A stretch of DNA of 58,468 nucleotides, taken from NCBI GenBank assembly GCA_043825735.1, contig JBDRRP010000037.1, forward strand, positions 1 to 58,468, given 5' to 3'. The first letter of the stretch is position 1. Every line of letters begins with the position of its first letter. The position numbers were made by a program, and so were the translations under genes. This document shows positions 37,764 to 48,611 of the stretch, one piece after another. This DNA is from Pseudomonadota bacterium (GTDB lineage Bacteria; Desulfobacterota; Desulfobacteria; Desulfobacterales; JBDRRP01). The notes beneath the pieces were generated by a model, which was given only the letters and a program-made list of their open reading frames with translations, had not been told where the DNA came from and searched no databases.

Positions 37764-40745
37764 CTATATTTTTTTCAGTTCCAGGGCACGATCACCCATG
37801 GCCAGGTTCACGGCCGTGAGTTTTTCTTCGCTGGCGATCACCGCCACCGACAAGGCGCTGTCGTCCAGATCGAGGTATCGCCCGGCAGCAGCCTTGACCT
37901 GGCTGCGCGTCGTGGATAGCAGTCCTTCCTTGTAGCGGCGGCGCATATCGTCGGTGAGGCCGACAAGATCCCGGTAGAAGGCCTTGCGGGCGGCCGCCCC
38001 GGGGGCGTCGGGTTTGTCGATCTCCGAGCAGACCTGAAGGATGGCCTCGGTGATGTCGGTATCGGTGTAGTCCCCCGATCGGATGAATCGACGAGCCCCG
38101 GCAAACGCCTTCAATGTCTGCACCACATGGGGGTCCCGGTAGGAGGCGAATCCGAACAGGCCGTCTTCGGGGTTAAAGACGGCAAACCCGCCATAGGCGC
38201 CGCCTTTTTCCCTGATCTCGCGATGCAGGTAAAGAGACCTGAGGAGCCTGGCCGCAACGGACAGTGCCGGTGCGTCCGGATCGGAAAGCCGAACGGTAGG
38301 GCATACGGCCCCCACGAAAGAGACCGATGTCTGGGTGTGCCATCCCTCATTCACCGTCACTGGCTGGGATACCCCGGCATGTCCTGGAGCGGCCACCGGC
38401 GTGCCGGTGCTGATGGGCCGCCCGAGCGCAATCAGTCGGTCCACGAGCGGGGGTAGATCGCCGGATTCTGCGACCGCCGCCGAAGTGAGGGTATTTTGCT
38501 GAAACAGCGACCGTCCGATGGCCTTAAGATCACCGGCCAGTTTGGAGATGGCCGCGTCATCCACTGCAGTGCTGAGTGCCTTAATGGCAAGGAGCTGGTG
38601 CACGCCGCCCCAGGTCTCGTTCAATCCGGCAGCCGCGTAAAACCGTCGTGATGCCAGCGACATGGCAAGCCTGTGGCCATTTTGCACCACCATGGACTCC
38701 AGGCCGGCGCGGTATTCCATGAGAAGGCGCTTCAACTGCCCGTGGTCGCTGAAGACATGCTCGGTGAACACCTCGGCTGCGATGTCCATCATGGGCGCGA
38801 TATTGCGCGCCAGGCACTTGGCAGAAACGGTGACCATAGGCAGACAGTCGCCGTTGGTCCCAAAACCGGTCCGCGCCGTGACGGAAAGCCCAAAGCCGCC
38901 GGTATACCGGTCGATCAGACGGGCCATCTCCACATAATCGCGCCGTGCCGTGCCGGACTTGGGAAGCGCATAGCAAAAGAAGGGGATCAGCGGCACCAGG
39001 TCTTCCGAAACCGGCGCAACCCCCAGAGCCCATGAGCCGTAGCAGATGCCGGCGGTCGGCTGCTCATAGACGGCCACAAGGCCGCCGCCATCACGCCGCA
39101 CAGGCGCCACCGTCACCACCTCGGCGGGGATGTCGGTGATCTCCAGCGTCGGCAATACAGACACGTCTTCCTCGGTTTCCTGCCGCCGCCGGAGGGCATC
39201 GGCCAACTCCCTGATCTGCTGAAGGCGCTCGGGTGCAATGCCGGCCTGCGCCTGCCGAAGGGCCTGTGCCTCCCGCCGGGCTTCTCGCTCGGCCATCTCC
39301 GGATCAGGAGACAGGGTCAGCATCACCCGGTGCGGGTTGTTGATAAGCTGCGTCTCGATGAGAGCCTCGAAAAACCGTCCCTCGCCCGTCTTCCGGCGGA
39401 GGGTCTCCAGGTCGGCGTCGATCTGGAGAATGCGCACCGGATCGCCGTCATGGACCCAGGTGCTGCAAAAACCCAGCAGCAGTCGGATGCCGTGGGGATA
39501 GGGGGTGTTGCGGACCTCCCGCCGGTGAAACTCCAACTGGTGGATGGCGCCTTCCACCAACTCCGGATCGATGCCTTCGCGGGTGAGATCCTCCAGCGTG
39601 CGCATCACCAGCTCCGCGATCTCGCCGGCCTTATCGGCGGCCACGTCTTTGAGTCCGATGCTGAACAGGGTGTCCCGGTGCTCAGCCTCGTACCCGGATC
39701 CGTCGCTCAGGGCCGATCCCCACCCCGTGTCCATCAATGCCCTTCTCAGCGGCGCGCCGGTGTTTCCCATGAGAATCTGCTCCAGCAGAACCATTGAAAG
39801 CACATCGAAGGTCGTGCGGATATCACTGCACAGCCAGGCGACGCAGGCCTGGTGTTTGCGCTCCAGATCTTCTTCCCGTCCGGCAGGATAGGGATAGACA
39901 GCGCTCCGGGCATTGGTCCAGCGCGGCTGGGCCGGCACCTCGGTGCCGGGATCGATCCGCTCGAAGCGGGACAGCACGCGCGCTTCGATAACCCGCAGGT
40001 GCTCTTCCAGGGGCAGGTTGCCGTAGGTGTAGAAAAACGCGTTGCTGGGATGATAGTGGCGGTGGTGAAAAGCCACGAGGTCCTCGTGGGTCAGCTCCGG
40101 AATCGCCGCCGGGTCGCCGCCGGAGTTGAAGCGGTACGTGGTATCCGGGTAGAGCGCCTGGGTGAGCGACTGGGCCATCACCTGATCCGGCGACGACATG
40201 GCCCCCTTCATTTCGTTAAAGACCACGCCTTTGTAAACCAGCCGGGCGTCTTTGCCCGGCACCCCGTCGTCTTCCACCTCCAGGCGGTGACCTTCCTGCA
40301 TAAAACTCAGTGCGTCCAGCTTCGGGAAGAAAACGGCGTCCAGATAGACGTCCATTAGATTGTAATAGTCTTTGGCGTTCTGGGTGCTGAAGGGGTACAT
40401 GGTCCAGTCGGACGCGGTGAACGCGTTCATGAAGGTGCTCAGTGAGCGCCGCAGCATCGAGAAAAAAGGGTCACGCACCGGATAGGCCGCCGATCCGCAC
40501 AGGACCGTATGCTCGAGAATATGGGCCACCCCCGTGCCGTCGCGAGGGACGGTCCGCAGCATCACGCTGAAGGTGTTCTCCTTGTCGGGCGCGGCCAGGT
40601 GGATGTGGCGGGCCCCGGTGGCCGCGTGCTCAAGAGAGACAACGGTGAGATTCAGCGCCGCGACCGGGACGACGCGGGAGACGGTATAGCCGCCGATGCG
40701 GTCTCCGGCCGCCTGGGCAATCGGTGTCAAACCACTGGGTGTCAT
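37764..40745 (-). CDS. M16C (insulinase/presequence protease-like) zinc metallopeptidase
   Basis: GVAHILEH, FMNAFT, GVVFNEMKG, IREKGGAYG and SYRDP motifs. Confidence 0.93.
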   Translation of the reverse strand: MTPSGLTPIAQAAGDRIGGYTVSRVVPVAALNLTVVSLEHAATGARHIHLAAPDKENTFSVMLRTVPRDGTGVAHILEHTVLCGSAAYPVRDPFFSMLRRSLSTFMNAFTASDWTMYPFSTQNAKDYYNLMDVYLDAVFFPKLDALSFMQEGHRLEVEDDGVPGKDARLVYKGVVFNEMKGAMSSPDQVMAQSLTQALYPDTTYRFNSGGDPAAIPELTHEDLVAFHHRHYHPSNAFFYTYGNLPLEEHLRVIEARVLSRFERIDPGTEVPAQPRWTNARSAVYPYPAGREEDLERKHQACVAWLCSDIRTTFDVLSMVLLEQILMGNTGAPLRRALMDTGWGSALSDGSGYEAEHRDTLFSIGLKDVAADKAGEIAELVMRTLEDLTREGIDPELVEGAIHQLEFHRREVRNTPYPHGIRLLLGFCSTWVHDGDPVRILQIDADLETLRRKTGEGRFFEALIETQLINNPHRVMLTLSPDPEMAEREARREAQALRQAQAGIAPERLQQIRELADALRRRQETEEDVSVLPTLEITDIPAEVVTVAPVRRDGGGLVAVYEQPTAGICYGSWALGVAPVSEDLVPLIPFFCYALPKSGTARRDYVEMARLIDRYTGGFGLSVTARTGFGTNGDCLPMVTVSAKCLARNIAPMMDIAAEVFTEHVFSDHGQLKRLLMEYRAGLESMVVQNGHRLAMSLASRRFYAAAGLNETWGGVHQLLAIKALSTAVDDAAISKLAGDLKAIGRSLFQQNTLTSAAVAESGDLPPLVDRLIALGRPISTGTPVAAPGHAGVSQPVTVNEGWHTQTSVSFVGAVCPTVRLSDPDAPALSVAARLLRSLYLHREIREKGGAYGGFAVFNPEDGLFGFASYRDPHVVQTLKAFAGARRFIRSGDYTDTDITEAILQVCSEIDKPDAPGAAARKAFYRDLVGLTDDMRRRYKEGLLSTTRSQVKAAAGRYLDLDDSALSVAVIASEEKLTAVNLAMGDRALELKKI

Positions 40746-40800
40746 GGAGATCCCTTCATGTTGAAAATCGGTGATGGGCCGCAGGCACGGCCAATGGGCT

Positions 40801-41190
40801 TCAGGCACAGATGTACATGCCGCGGCTTTTCCGGCGGATCTTTCCGGTCTTGTGGAGGCGGAAGATAATGTTTCTCAGCTTTTTATCCTCAAATCCGGTT
40901 CGCCGCTGAATGTCCGCAAAAGAGGCGCCCTCGGCAAAAGTCTGAATGACGGTAAACACCTTGTCTGCGGCCGTTGCCGCCGCACGGATGCGGCCGTTGC
41001 GCTTCTTGCCGCCCCCTTGAGCCGCGGCAGCCTTGCCCCGCGGGGTATTCATGTCCACCACGAGCCGTTCCAGTTGATCGAGCCGCTCCATGATCCGGTC
41101 GATATCGTTTTTAGTGGGAATATTGTAATTGTGCATGAAGAATTTGACCATCGCGTCAAAACTGACGGATTTTCCCTTTCGCCTGGCCAT
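40801..41190 (-). CDS. Small basic hypothetical protein with a C-terminal winged-helix-like domain
   Basis: GGAGG RBS; NIPTKNDIDRIMERLDQLE coil; ASFADIQRRTGFEDKKLRNIIFRLHKTGKI resembles a wHTH. Confidence 0.75.
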   Translation of the reverse strand: MARRKGKSVSFDAMVKFFMHNYNIPTKNDIDRIMERLDQLERLVVDMNTPRGKAAAAQGGGKKRNGRIRAAATAADKVFTVIQTFAEGASFADIQRRTGFEDKKLRNIIFRLHKTGKIRRKSRGMYICA

Positions 41191-41675
41191 CGGCAATCTC
41201 CTTCCCCCAATCCAAGCGGCAAACGGCCTTCGAGGCCCCCGAAGAGGGCACGAAGGTGCTAACCGTCTAATAATGTTTGTGAAAACATTTACTATTGGGA
41301 GAAGATTAGGGGACACCGGGGTAAAAGTCAAGGTTGGCGCCGCATTGATCCCCGCCGGCAATCATGATAGCGAGAGTCCATCCAGAAATGGCGGCATTTT
41401 ACAAGGATGCACGGGATTTACAGGATAACGGCGGTCTTCGGCCGTATGGCAACTACAAAAACACATAAACATTGAACCGCCCGCTTCGCTCAAGCACGCA
41501 AAGAACGCGAAGAAAAATCAGCGGCATCGGGTGCCCGGCTCCGCCGGCCTACGATCCCGCCGATGGTTTTGCTCATGATTGACGGTGTCGCCCCTGCTGG
41601 CACCATACTCAATGAAAGGCATCTTTGTCGGAATGTACTTATGGCAGTCGTTATCGGTGGATTAAAGGAACAATC

Positions 41676-42527
41676 ATGACCGCACCGCGCACCTTGTTGA
41701 AGGCATGGGATCTGCGCCCCCGCAAGGAACTGGGGCAGAATTTTCTCGAAAATCCGGCAACGGCCGAAAAAATTGCCGCGGCGGCAGGCATCACCAAGGA
41801 AGATGTCGTGCTCGAAATCGGTGCCGGGCTTGGATCGCTCACCGTTCCGATCGCGCAGCGCGCGGGGCGGGTCGTGGCCGTCGAGACCGATCCACGACTG
41901 GTCGACCTGCTGCGTACCGAAATGCTGACCCGGCAACTGGACCACGTCGAGATCGTCAAAGCAGACATCCTGTCTCTCGATCTAAGCCGGTGGGCGCAGC
42001 CGGGGGGGCGAAAAATCGTTGTTGTGGGAAACCTCCCCTACAACATTTCTTCTCAAATCATCATCCGCCTCATCGCCGCCCGTGCGGCCATCCGCTGCGC
42101 CGTGGTCATGCTGCAAAAAGAATTGGCTGACCGGCTGGCCGCGCCGCCGGGCACCAAGACCTACGGCCGGATCACCGTCATGCTGGCCTATTGCGCGGCC
42201 ATCCGGCACGTGATGACCGTGGGGGCCGGTCAGTTCCACCCGCGCCCGAAGATCGACTCGGCCGTCATCGATATCCGCTTCACCGACCCGCTGGCCTTTC
42301 CCGCCATGGACGAAACGGCCCTGTTTCAGGTGGTCAGGGCCGCCTTCGGCCAGCGCCGCAAAACCCTGAAAAACGCCTTGGGCGGGGGACTTCCAGCCGT
42401 CGGTGCCGATGCCATCGCCGCCGCCCTGGCCGGTGCCGGCATCGACCCGAAACGGCGCGCCGAAACCCTGTCGGTGGAAGAATTCGTCAGGTTGGCCGAT
42501 CAGTTGACGCAGGCGCTTACAGATTGA
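41676..42527 (+). CDS. rsmA: 16S rRNA m6,2A dimethyltransferase
   Basis: GQNFL, EIGAGLG, GNLPYNI, FGQRRKTL and RAETLS motifs. Confidence 0.96.
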   Translation: MTAPRTLLKAWDLRPRKELGQNFLENPATAEKIAAAAGITKEDVVLEIGAGLGSLTVPIAQRAGRVVAVETDPRLVDLLRTEMLTRQLDHVEIVKADILSLDLSRWAQPGGRKIVVVGNLPYNISSQIIIRLIAARAAIRCAVVMLQKELADRLAAPPGTKTYGRITVMLAYCAAIRHVMTVGAGQFHPRPKIDSAVIDIRFTDPLAFPAMDETALFQVVRAAFGQRRKTLKNALGGGLPAVGADAIAAALAGAGIDPKRRAETLSVEEFVRLADQLTQALTD

Positions 42528-42745
42528 TCGAAGGTTTGCGCTGCGCGCCACTATCCCGCCATCGGCCGGCGCCTTCCGGGCGCGCTATCGGCCTTCAACT
42601 ATGGCTAAAGCGCACATCAGGCCATCTTGGCGTACTGCTTACCCCGACTGATTTATATTCGTCTCCCTTAGATGAATCGGATAATACGCTTCTCTCTGAA
42701 GCGCCAGTAACGCTATGTTGCCCCAGAACGCGCCGCTCATTACCC

Positions 42746-42865
42746 GAAATCGCTATCGGTATCGGGTGTTGGTGTTGGCGAATATCTTCCCCTAACCCGC
42801 CATTTGCCGGCACCGTGGCGAAGGCAACCGCCGATTGCGATTTCGATCCCGATAGCGATCCCGAT
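42746..42865. repeat. Inverted pair of 6-bp-period ATCGnn tandem repeats
   Basis: GAAATCGCTATCGGTATCGGG ... CGATTGCGATTTCGATCCCGATAGCGATCCCGAT; second copy at 48612-48682. Confidence 0.7.
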
Positions 42866-43070
42866 AACACCCGTCAACCAAGGGGCGGCCTTGGAGGGCA
42901 GGGCCATGAATGCCAAGTGTCGGGACCCGATGGATCGATCCACCGGACAACTTGAGCTTCATAGAGAACCGCTTCGGATAATTCAACCTGATCATTTAGG
43001 GTCCAACTCAAACAGTCTAAATCGCCCGAATCGGATCAGTGTTCTGAAAAACTCTAAAAATGTGAAGACT

Positions 43071-43223
43071 GATGGATCCGTAAAAAGTCCGAAAAGCGAC
43101 TTTGTCATTCCGAGGAGCCTGCGACGAGGAATCTCAACCTTCTGAAATATTATGGATTTTCTTTCCAAAGAGGTCCCTCGCTACGCTCGGGATGACATCC
43201 TTCGGGCTTTTTACGGGATTGTC
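43071..43223. mobile_element. MITE-like element with GATGG..CGTAAAAAGTC termini carrying an internal palindromic repeat
   Basis: Imperfect TIRs GATGGATCCGTAAAAAGTCCGAA / TTCGGGCTTTTTACGGGATTGTC; flanks AAGACT and AAGATT. Confidence 0.7.
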
Positions 43224-43594
43224 AAGATTGGGCTCAATTGGAATGAATCAAATATTCCACCCAATGATTGAGATGATCAGCTACGGGGAACGATAGGCGT
43301 AGGGGTTTGTTGGTCGAAGCAGGATTTTAGGATACCCAGCCGTAGGAATGATGGTCGGAGTATGCAGTCTATATGCTGTGCATGCTACTGTGATTTATTG
43401 GGGATACCACAAGATTTTGCAACCTTGTGATATGTAGGGGACCATAGCAGTTATTATAGATTTTAAGGGTTAAGCACTACCCCCAATATATAGAGCCATC
43501 ATGGATAAAATATAAAGTAGCATCAACGATTCGTATTTTGATCATCCCCAAGTCAAACAATACTTAAGACAAGAATGGAATGATTATTATCGAA

Positions 43595-46500
43595 TCAGCC
43601 TCCTTCTCCGATAATGACAAAAGGTGCCCAAAAGAAGGGATGCGCGTAGCTTGCCACAATTTCCCCTGTAGTATTGTCTTTTAGCCCCGGCCCCTCCATA
43701 ATTTTGAATATCGAGTTTTGAAGTGCTGACGCTGTTGAAAGGGATTTATTTTCCTGTTGATATCGAAAAAGCTCTGTCGTCAACAGCCTGGCCGAAGATG
43801 TTTCCACCGGCCACATGGTGACAAGCAGAGCTCGTGCACCAGCATAAAAAAATGCCCGTCCAAGTCCACTGACCGCTTCCGTTCCGTTACCGTCTCCGGC
43901 TCCAGTATCGCAGGCACTGAGCAATACCAGATCTGCATCCAGATTAAGGGTTAAAATTTCTCCCAAGGTTAATAGGCCATCTTCATCCGATTCGGTTACT
44001 TCCGGTGCTGAAAAAGCCAGGGCTGGCTGAGTCAGACCATCCAAGTCCCCGGGTAGAAGTGCGTGAGTGGCAAATGCTATAATTCTTTTCCGAGAAAGAT
44101 CCTGTGATTTCACGGCGGCTTCGGTGGCTGCTTTTCCCAGGAAAACGTCCCGCACAGGGTCGGCCTTAAGGCTGGCGGCGATCTGGCGAATTTCATCAGC
44201 GGTATCCGGCAACCTGGAGAGCTGTTCAATGCGCACCGATGATAAGGCAGCGCTGTCCAGTTTTTCTCCTGCGTCAATGATCCGGATGCCCCGGATAGCG
44301 ATCTCGCCTGAAAAGGCCCCACGCTGTGATAATGTGGAATGAGTGGCCGGTGTCTCCTGTAACTGGGCCAAGTTAAAAATGGGATCACCGAACCCGACAA
44401 ATGGCTCGCGCTCCTGATGGGGTGCGGGTAGTGCACGCAGGGTCAATAACGCGGCGGCTGAAGGCAACCGGGTAATGGCGGCCTTGCGGACCAGCCAAGG
44501 CACTTGCTGGTATTCATCAAATAAGAGGGGGCCTCTTGTGGCGGACTTGACCTTTTTTGTAGGCAGCACAGCAAGAGGAATCTGGTCCAGAGGTCCTTTG
44601 ACTACCACCAATAAACTGTGGGCATCACGCCAGGCGGGTTCCACCGGCCGCAGCAAACGGTCGTAGAGAGCGTAAGCGGTCGTTAGGTCAAAGTCGGGAA
44701 TTTCACTCAGCATCCGGACACCTGGCCGCAGGGCCCGGCGCAATCGGCCTACTTTTTGCCGGACAGCTTCTTCGCCCAGTTCGACAACATTGAAAGCCGG
44801 ATCACCCTTGGACGGGATCGCCCAAACACATGTTTTATTTTCCAAGGTCCATAGCGTGATAAACGCCTCACCGGGCAGGAGCCGTTCCTGGATCTGCGCC
44901 ATTCCCGGTGGCTTAGGGTTGATGTAGTTAGAGTACTTGGGGAAGTCTTTGTTTATGCGCGCGCTAATTGCTGCATGAGCCACAGATAGAGACTGAATAG
45001 TGCGTTCAAGGTCGCGAGTCGCGTTACTCCTATCGCCTGAAGTTGCAGCGGTGGCATTAAAAAAGGCCGCCTCAAGACTTCGGATTCTTTTTTTTGCATC
45101 CTGTTCCTGGCGGACCAGCGCGGCCAGTTCGGGATCAACGAGAGAAGCCGCGCGGGCACTGCTTTCGCCCAACGCGCTGTTCACTCGGCTGTACTGGGCA
45201 TCTGCCAGCTTCAGGATTTCATCAGCCACAAAAAAAACGTCTTCGCTTTTCTGGCCAGCCTGATACCACTCCAAGAGGCTGTTGATATAGACCTGAAGCA
45301 AGAGGCCCGCGCGCCGACGTTTTTCAAAGTTACTGTTGGGGTCCTGAATGATGGTCAAAAGGTCAGGAATCACTCTTGAAAAAAGGGACCGCGCCTTATC
45401 CGGCTGTCCTTTAGCTTTAAGAACCATGGCGTCGAAAGCCTGAAGCTCGGCCTCTTCATAGACGTTTTTGACGCCAAGGGCCTGGTTAATTTCCCTTGTC
45501 GTCCGAATCAGTTTCTCGGCTTCGAAAATACGCTGACTTTTCATCAAGGTCAGTATCAGCCCCGGGTTGCGGCACGCGTAGCGTTTAAAAAAATACGGGT
45601 TGTCCCGCATACCCTCAAGAGCGCTGTCATAGGACTGCATGGCCGCTTTAAAATCATAGTCCGTGCTTTCAACATTTGCTTGGAAAATCCTGGCCCGGAC
45701 CATGATGTCTTCGTCAACGGACAAGCCCAGCCGGCCGAGAATGTCGATCTGTGCTGTGGACAGGCTGCGGGCACTGGGTAGATCACCTTTTGCAAGCATA
45801 ATCACGCCCAGCATTTGCAGGGCATCGGCAGTGATGCTGGACATTCCGCCCGAAATATTCACGGCTTCCGTCACGGCCGTGCGGGCTTCCTTTTCAGCCT
45901 GGACCAACTGCCCCTGATGCATAAGGTTGCCTGCCAAGGCCAGCCGGGCGTAGACGGCACCCAGGGGTCTGGTCGCACGAATCCTGAAGTAGTCGTTCAG
46001 CACCATGGCGCGCGGCGAGTGAGCCTGCTGGTACTGGCCCTGGGCTTCCAGGAGTTCGGCTTCTGCCGCTAAGATGTCGTTCTGGTTACCCTCGTCAATA
46101 TAGCCCCCGAGCGCAATCCAGCTCAACCGCGCGCCTTTCGGCACTTTTTCCCATAACCGCTGAGCTCGCTGAACGTACTGCTCAGCGCGGTTGAAATCGC
46201 CCATGCGATGGATGATACGGCTTTCAAAGGCCAGGTCGGGACCCAATCTCATGGAATTCGCTCTGACGTTTTCCCTGGATCTTTTGCTAAGTTCAAGGGC
46301 AGATTCATACCGACCGGCAATCATTTCCAGTTCGGCGAGCCTGTGGTAAAGGTTTGAGTCTTGGCCGTGTTCCATTGCCCTACGGATATCGCGACGGCTA
46401 TCACTATATCGATTGAGCTCGTACCGGGCCTTACCCCGGGCCCTGTAGAACTCAAATAGAGCGTAGTGGCCTGCCTGGGCGGGCACCTGGGCGTCGGCCC

Positions 46501-46723
46501 GGCGCATGAGTTCCGCAAGATCATCACTGACACTCTGTCTGTCTTGCGATAGCAGCACTATAATATCATCCATTTTTCGGGCAGGTGGCTCCAAAGGGAT
46601 GCTCTGCATGCTGAGCACCACATCACGGGCCTCCTCGAAACTCATTTTGGACTGCTCGGTGGTTTTGCAGGAAACAATCAGCATGCACACAGCAAGGGCC
46701 AAACAGACTCTTGTCATTTTCAC
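43595..46723 (-). CDS. TPR plus CHAT (caspase-like) domain lipoprotein
   Basis: Lipobox IVSC; helical TPR-like region; GFGDP, FATHAL, LSACDTG and HPFFWAPF motifs. Confidence 0.9.
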   Translation of the reverse strand: MKMTRVCLALAVCMLIVSCKTTEQSKMSFEEARDVVLSMQSIPLEPPARKMDDIIVLLSQDRQSVSDDLAELMRRADAQVPAQAGHYALFEFYRARGKARYELNRYSDSRRDIRRAMEHGQDSNLYHRLAELEMIAGRYESALELSKRSRENVRANSMRLGPDLAFESRIIHRMGDFNRAEQYVQRAQRLWEKVPKGARLSWIALGGYIDEGNQNDILAAEAELLEAQGQYQQAHSPRAMVLNDYFRIRATRPLGAVYARLALAGNLMHQGQLVQAEKEARTAVTEAVNISGGMSSITADALQMLGVIMLAKGDLPSARSLSTAQIDILGRLGLSVDEDIMVRARIFQANVESTDYDFKAAMQSYDSALEGMRDNPYFFKRYACRNPGLILTLMKSQRIFEAEKLIRTTREINQALGVKNVYEEAELQAFDAMVLKAKGQPDKARSLFSRVIPDLLTIIQDPNSNFEKRRRAGLLLQVYINSLLEWYQAGQKSEDVFFVADEILKLADAQYSRVNSALGESSARAASLVDPELAALVRQEQDAKKRIRSLEAAFFNATAATSGDRSNATRDLERTIQSLSVAHAAISARINKDFPKYSNYINPKPPGMAQIQERLLPGEAFITLWTLENKTCVWAIPSKGDPAFNVVELGEEAVRQKVGRLRRALRPGVRMLSEIPDFDLTTAYALYDRLLRPVEPAWRDAHSLLVVVKGPLDQIPLAVLPTKKVKSATRGPLLFDEYQQVPWLVRKAAITRLPSAAALLTLRALPAPHQEREPFVGFGDPIFNLAQLQETPATHSTLSQRGAFSGEIAIRGIRIIDAGEKLDSAALSSVRIEQLSRLPDTADEIRQIAASLKADPVRDVFLGKAATEAAVKSQDLSRKRIIAFATHALLPGDLDGLTQPALAFSAPEVTESDEDGLLTLGEILTLNLDADLVLLSACDTGAGDGNGTEAVSGLGRAFFYAGARALLVTMWPVETSSARLLTTELFRYQQENKSLSTASALQNSIFKIMEGPGLKDNTTGEIVASYAHPFFWAPFVIIGEGG

Positions 46724-47660
46724 GGTTTGATAACTCCAATTTTGTAATCAAGTACCGGGCGCTTTAAGGGTCATTTGACAAAGGAATTCGGTCTGCCTGT
46801 CGTAGCCTTCAATTCGATCTGGTATAAACTAAATGTAGCTTAGGAGAGCTGCTTCACCATAATCGTTGCAGTAATGTAACACAAGGTGCTGTGTATTAGG
46901 AAAGTAAGCCAAAATATTTTATAACTTGCCGATTTCAAAAACACGTTAAAATTGCATGTATGTTAAGAATATCTGAACCGGTGACTATTGCCAATAAACT
47001 GTGGTTGAAGGAAGATTGGGGAGAGACCGCAGAATGTTTGCCATTCTCGCTAATATTCTGTATTTATAGGGATTTTGAACTTTGGAGCAGGTATTCCGTT
47101 GTTAGCAGGGCTGAGGGTCTGCTGTCAAAAACTTTTCAATTTCATCAGAAACAACATCCGGCGCGACCTACAAAATCTCTGTGACACGACGCAACGTTAT
47201 CTCGGCGAGGCCATCCACGGTGCGGCCTCATCTTGTGGCAACTTCAAGATCCACACACAATTTGAGATGAGCGGTAACCGGCATTCGGCAAATCATTATA
47301 GCTGGATAATTCTTGACTGTATGACGAAATCCGATACTTCAGCCTGCCCTGCATTAAGGGATTATTTAGAGAAAAAAGCCAATTGAAGTTGCCTCAAGGC
47401 ATCAGCCTGTACCAGCCATTTAAAGAGCAAAGGCGTCAAGGATAACATGGCCTCAGCGGTGAGCCGCTGGGATTTTAACGATCGATAATACTGTATATAG
47501 ATTGGTTTGCAGTTATCTAAGTCTCCTCTGGGGGATGCTGCCAGAAATCCATACTGACAAATTCCAAAAATCAATTATATCATTGATGCCCCTTTGTTCT
47601 CCCCTACTGCCGTATGATCCCGACGGATGTTTAGCATTGTTTTTATTGGCACGGTGATTA

Positions 47661-47800
47661 GGGGCTGTTTCTAAATTGTCTTTTGGCCCAATCTCTGCGT
47701 TGGGCGATCGGTTTCAACCCTCGAAATACACCACATCCTCCGGTTGAAACCTCACGGCCGCCTTGACCTTGAACCAAAATCCTAATTTAGAAACAGCCCA
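47661..47800. mobile_element. 140-bp MITE with 16-bp TIRs and TA flanks
   Basis: GGGCTGTTTCTAAATT ... AATTTAGAAACAGCCC; TA at 47659-60 and 47801-02. Confidence 0.75.
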
Positions 47801-47807
47801 TAGTTCA

Positions 47808-48416
47808 TTATCTTTCCCAAAAATAGAAATCTGACAAGGAAGTGTTCTCCGGATCCTTAGGGTCAAACGGATAGCGGTTATTGACTTTAAACAAAGGCTT
47901 CCAACCGGGCATGTGTGTGGCGGGCCATGCCGTGATTTTGCGATGACGCATATGGGGGGAATAACCTTCAGTCGCTTCGAAATTCGATGAATAAATCGCG
48001 ACATATCGGAGAGCGGCAGAGAATAGATCCTGCATATAACACTGGTAAACTTCCTCCTCAAGCAAGTGGTAACACACGTCCAACGAAATCCCAAAATCGG
48101 CGGAAAACAACCCGCGACGGTCAAAAAAACAGCCAGGCGCGTATATGAAAAAGCTCTTATCCGGGTCCGTTGCAAAACGCCTCCCGCAGCGGGAAACCGC
48201 GGTTTTTGACACGTCAAGCCCCACATAAGAAGGATATCGAGCCAGCGTAAGTTGGTTGCCGTCACCACATCCGAACTCAATGACACTTTGAACTCGGCGT
48301 TCCTGAACGAAGGCGTTGAGCACCTCGGCCTTGAATCCGGATAGTCTGCCATATGAGCCAGCCCCCGATGTGCCCCCTTGGGCATACCGCCGCTCCCAAT
48401 AGCTCATGGATTCCAA
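47808..48416 (-). CDS. Class I SAM-dependent methyltransferase
   Basis: IEFGCGDG motif I, GLDVS and SLDVCYHL. Confidence 0.85.
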   Translation of the reverse strand: MESMSYWERRYAQGGTSGAGSYGRLSGFKAEVLNAFVQERRVQSVIEFGCGDGNQLTLARYPSYVGLDVSKTAVSRCGRRFATDPDKSFFIYAPGCFFDRRGLFSADFGISLDVCYHLLEEEVYQCYMQDLFSAALRYVAIYSSNFEATEGYSPHMRHRKITAWPATHMPGWKPLFKVNNRYPFDPKDPENTSLSDFYFWER

Positions 48417-48611
48417 TGGTATATCCTGCCTAATTAAAGATTCCGCTTCTCTATGAAGCGCTAGTTTAGGAAAAACAAAGGGGTCTACACTTTGACAACC
48501 AAAACAGACTTCAAAACGGCAAATTAAGAATTCTATCCAAAACTTATATGCGTCAGCATTCGCGGTATGGTAAAAATGTCAATGTGTAGATCTTTTGTGC
48601 TCTCAAGATCC

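Noticed and set aside
43595..46723. Craspase / type III-E CRISPR-associated protease
   Set aside because: No Cas7-11, Csx30/31 or array nearby, and the protein has a lipoprotein signal.
46960..47574. Short ORFs in the AT-rich spacer
   Set aside because: No RBS or motif support; possibly decayed foreign DNA but unidentifiable.
47646..47661. Sigma54-like TGGCACG element
   Set aside because: The -12 GC is absent, and there is no downstream plus-strand gene.
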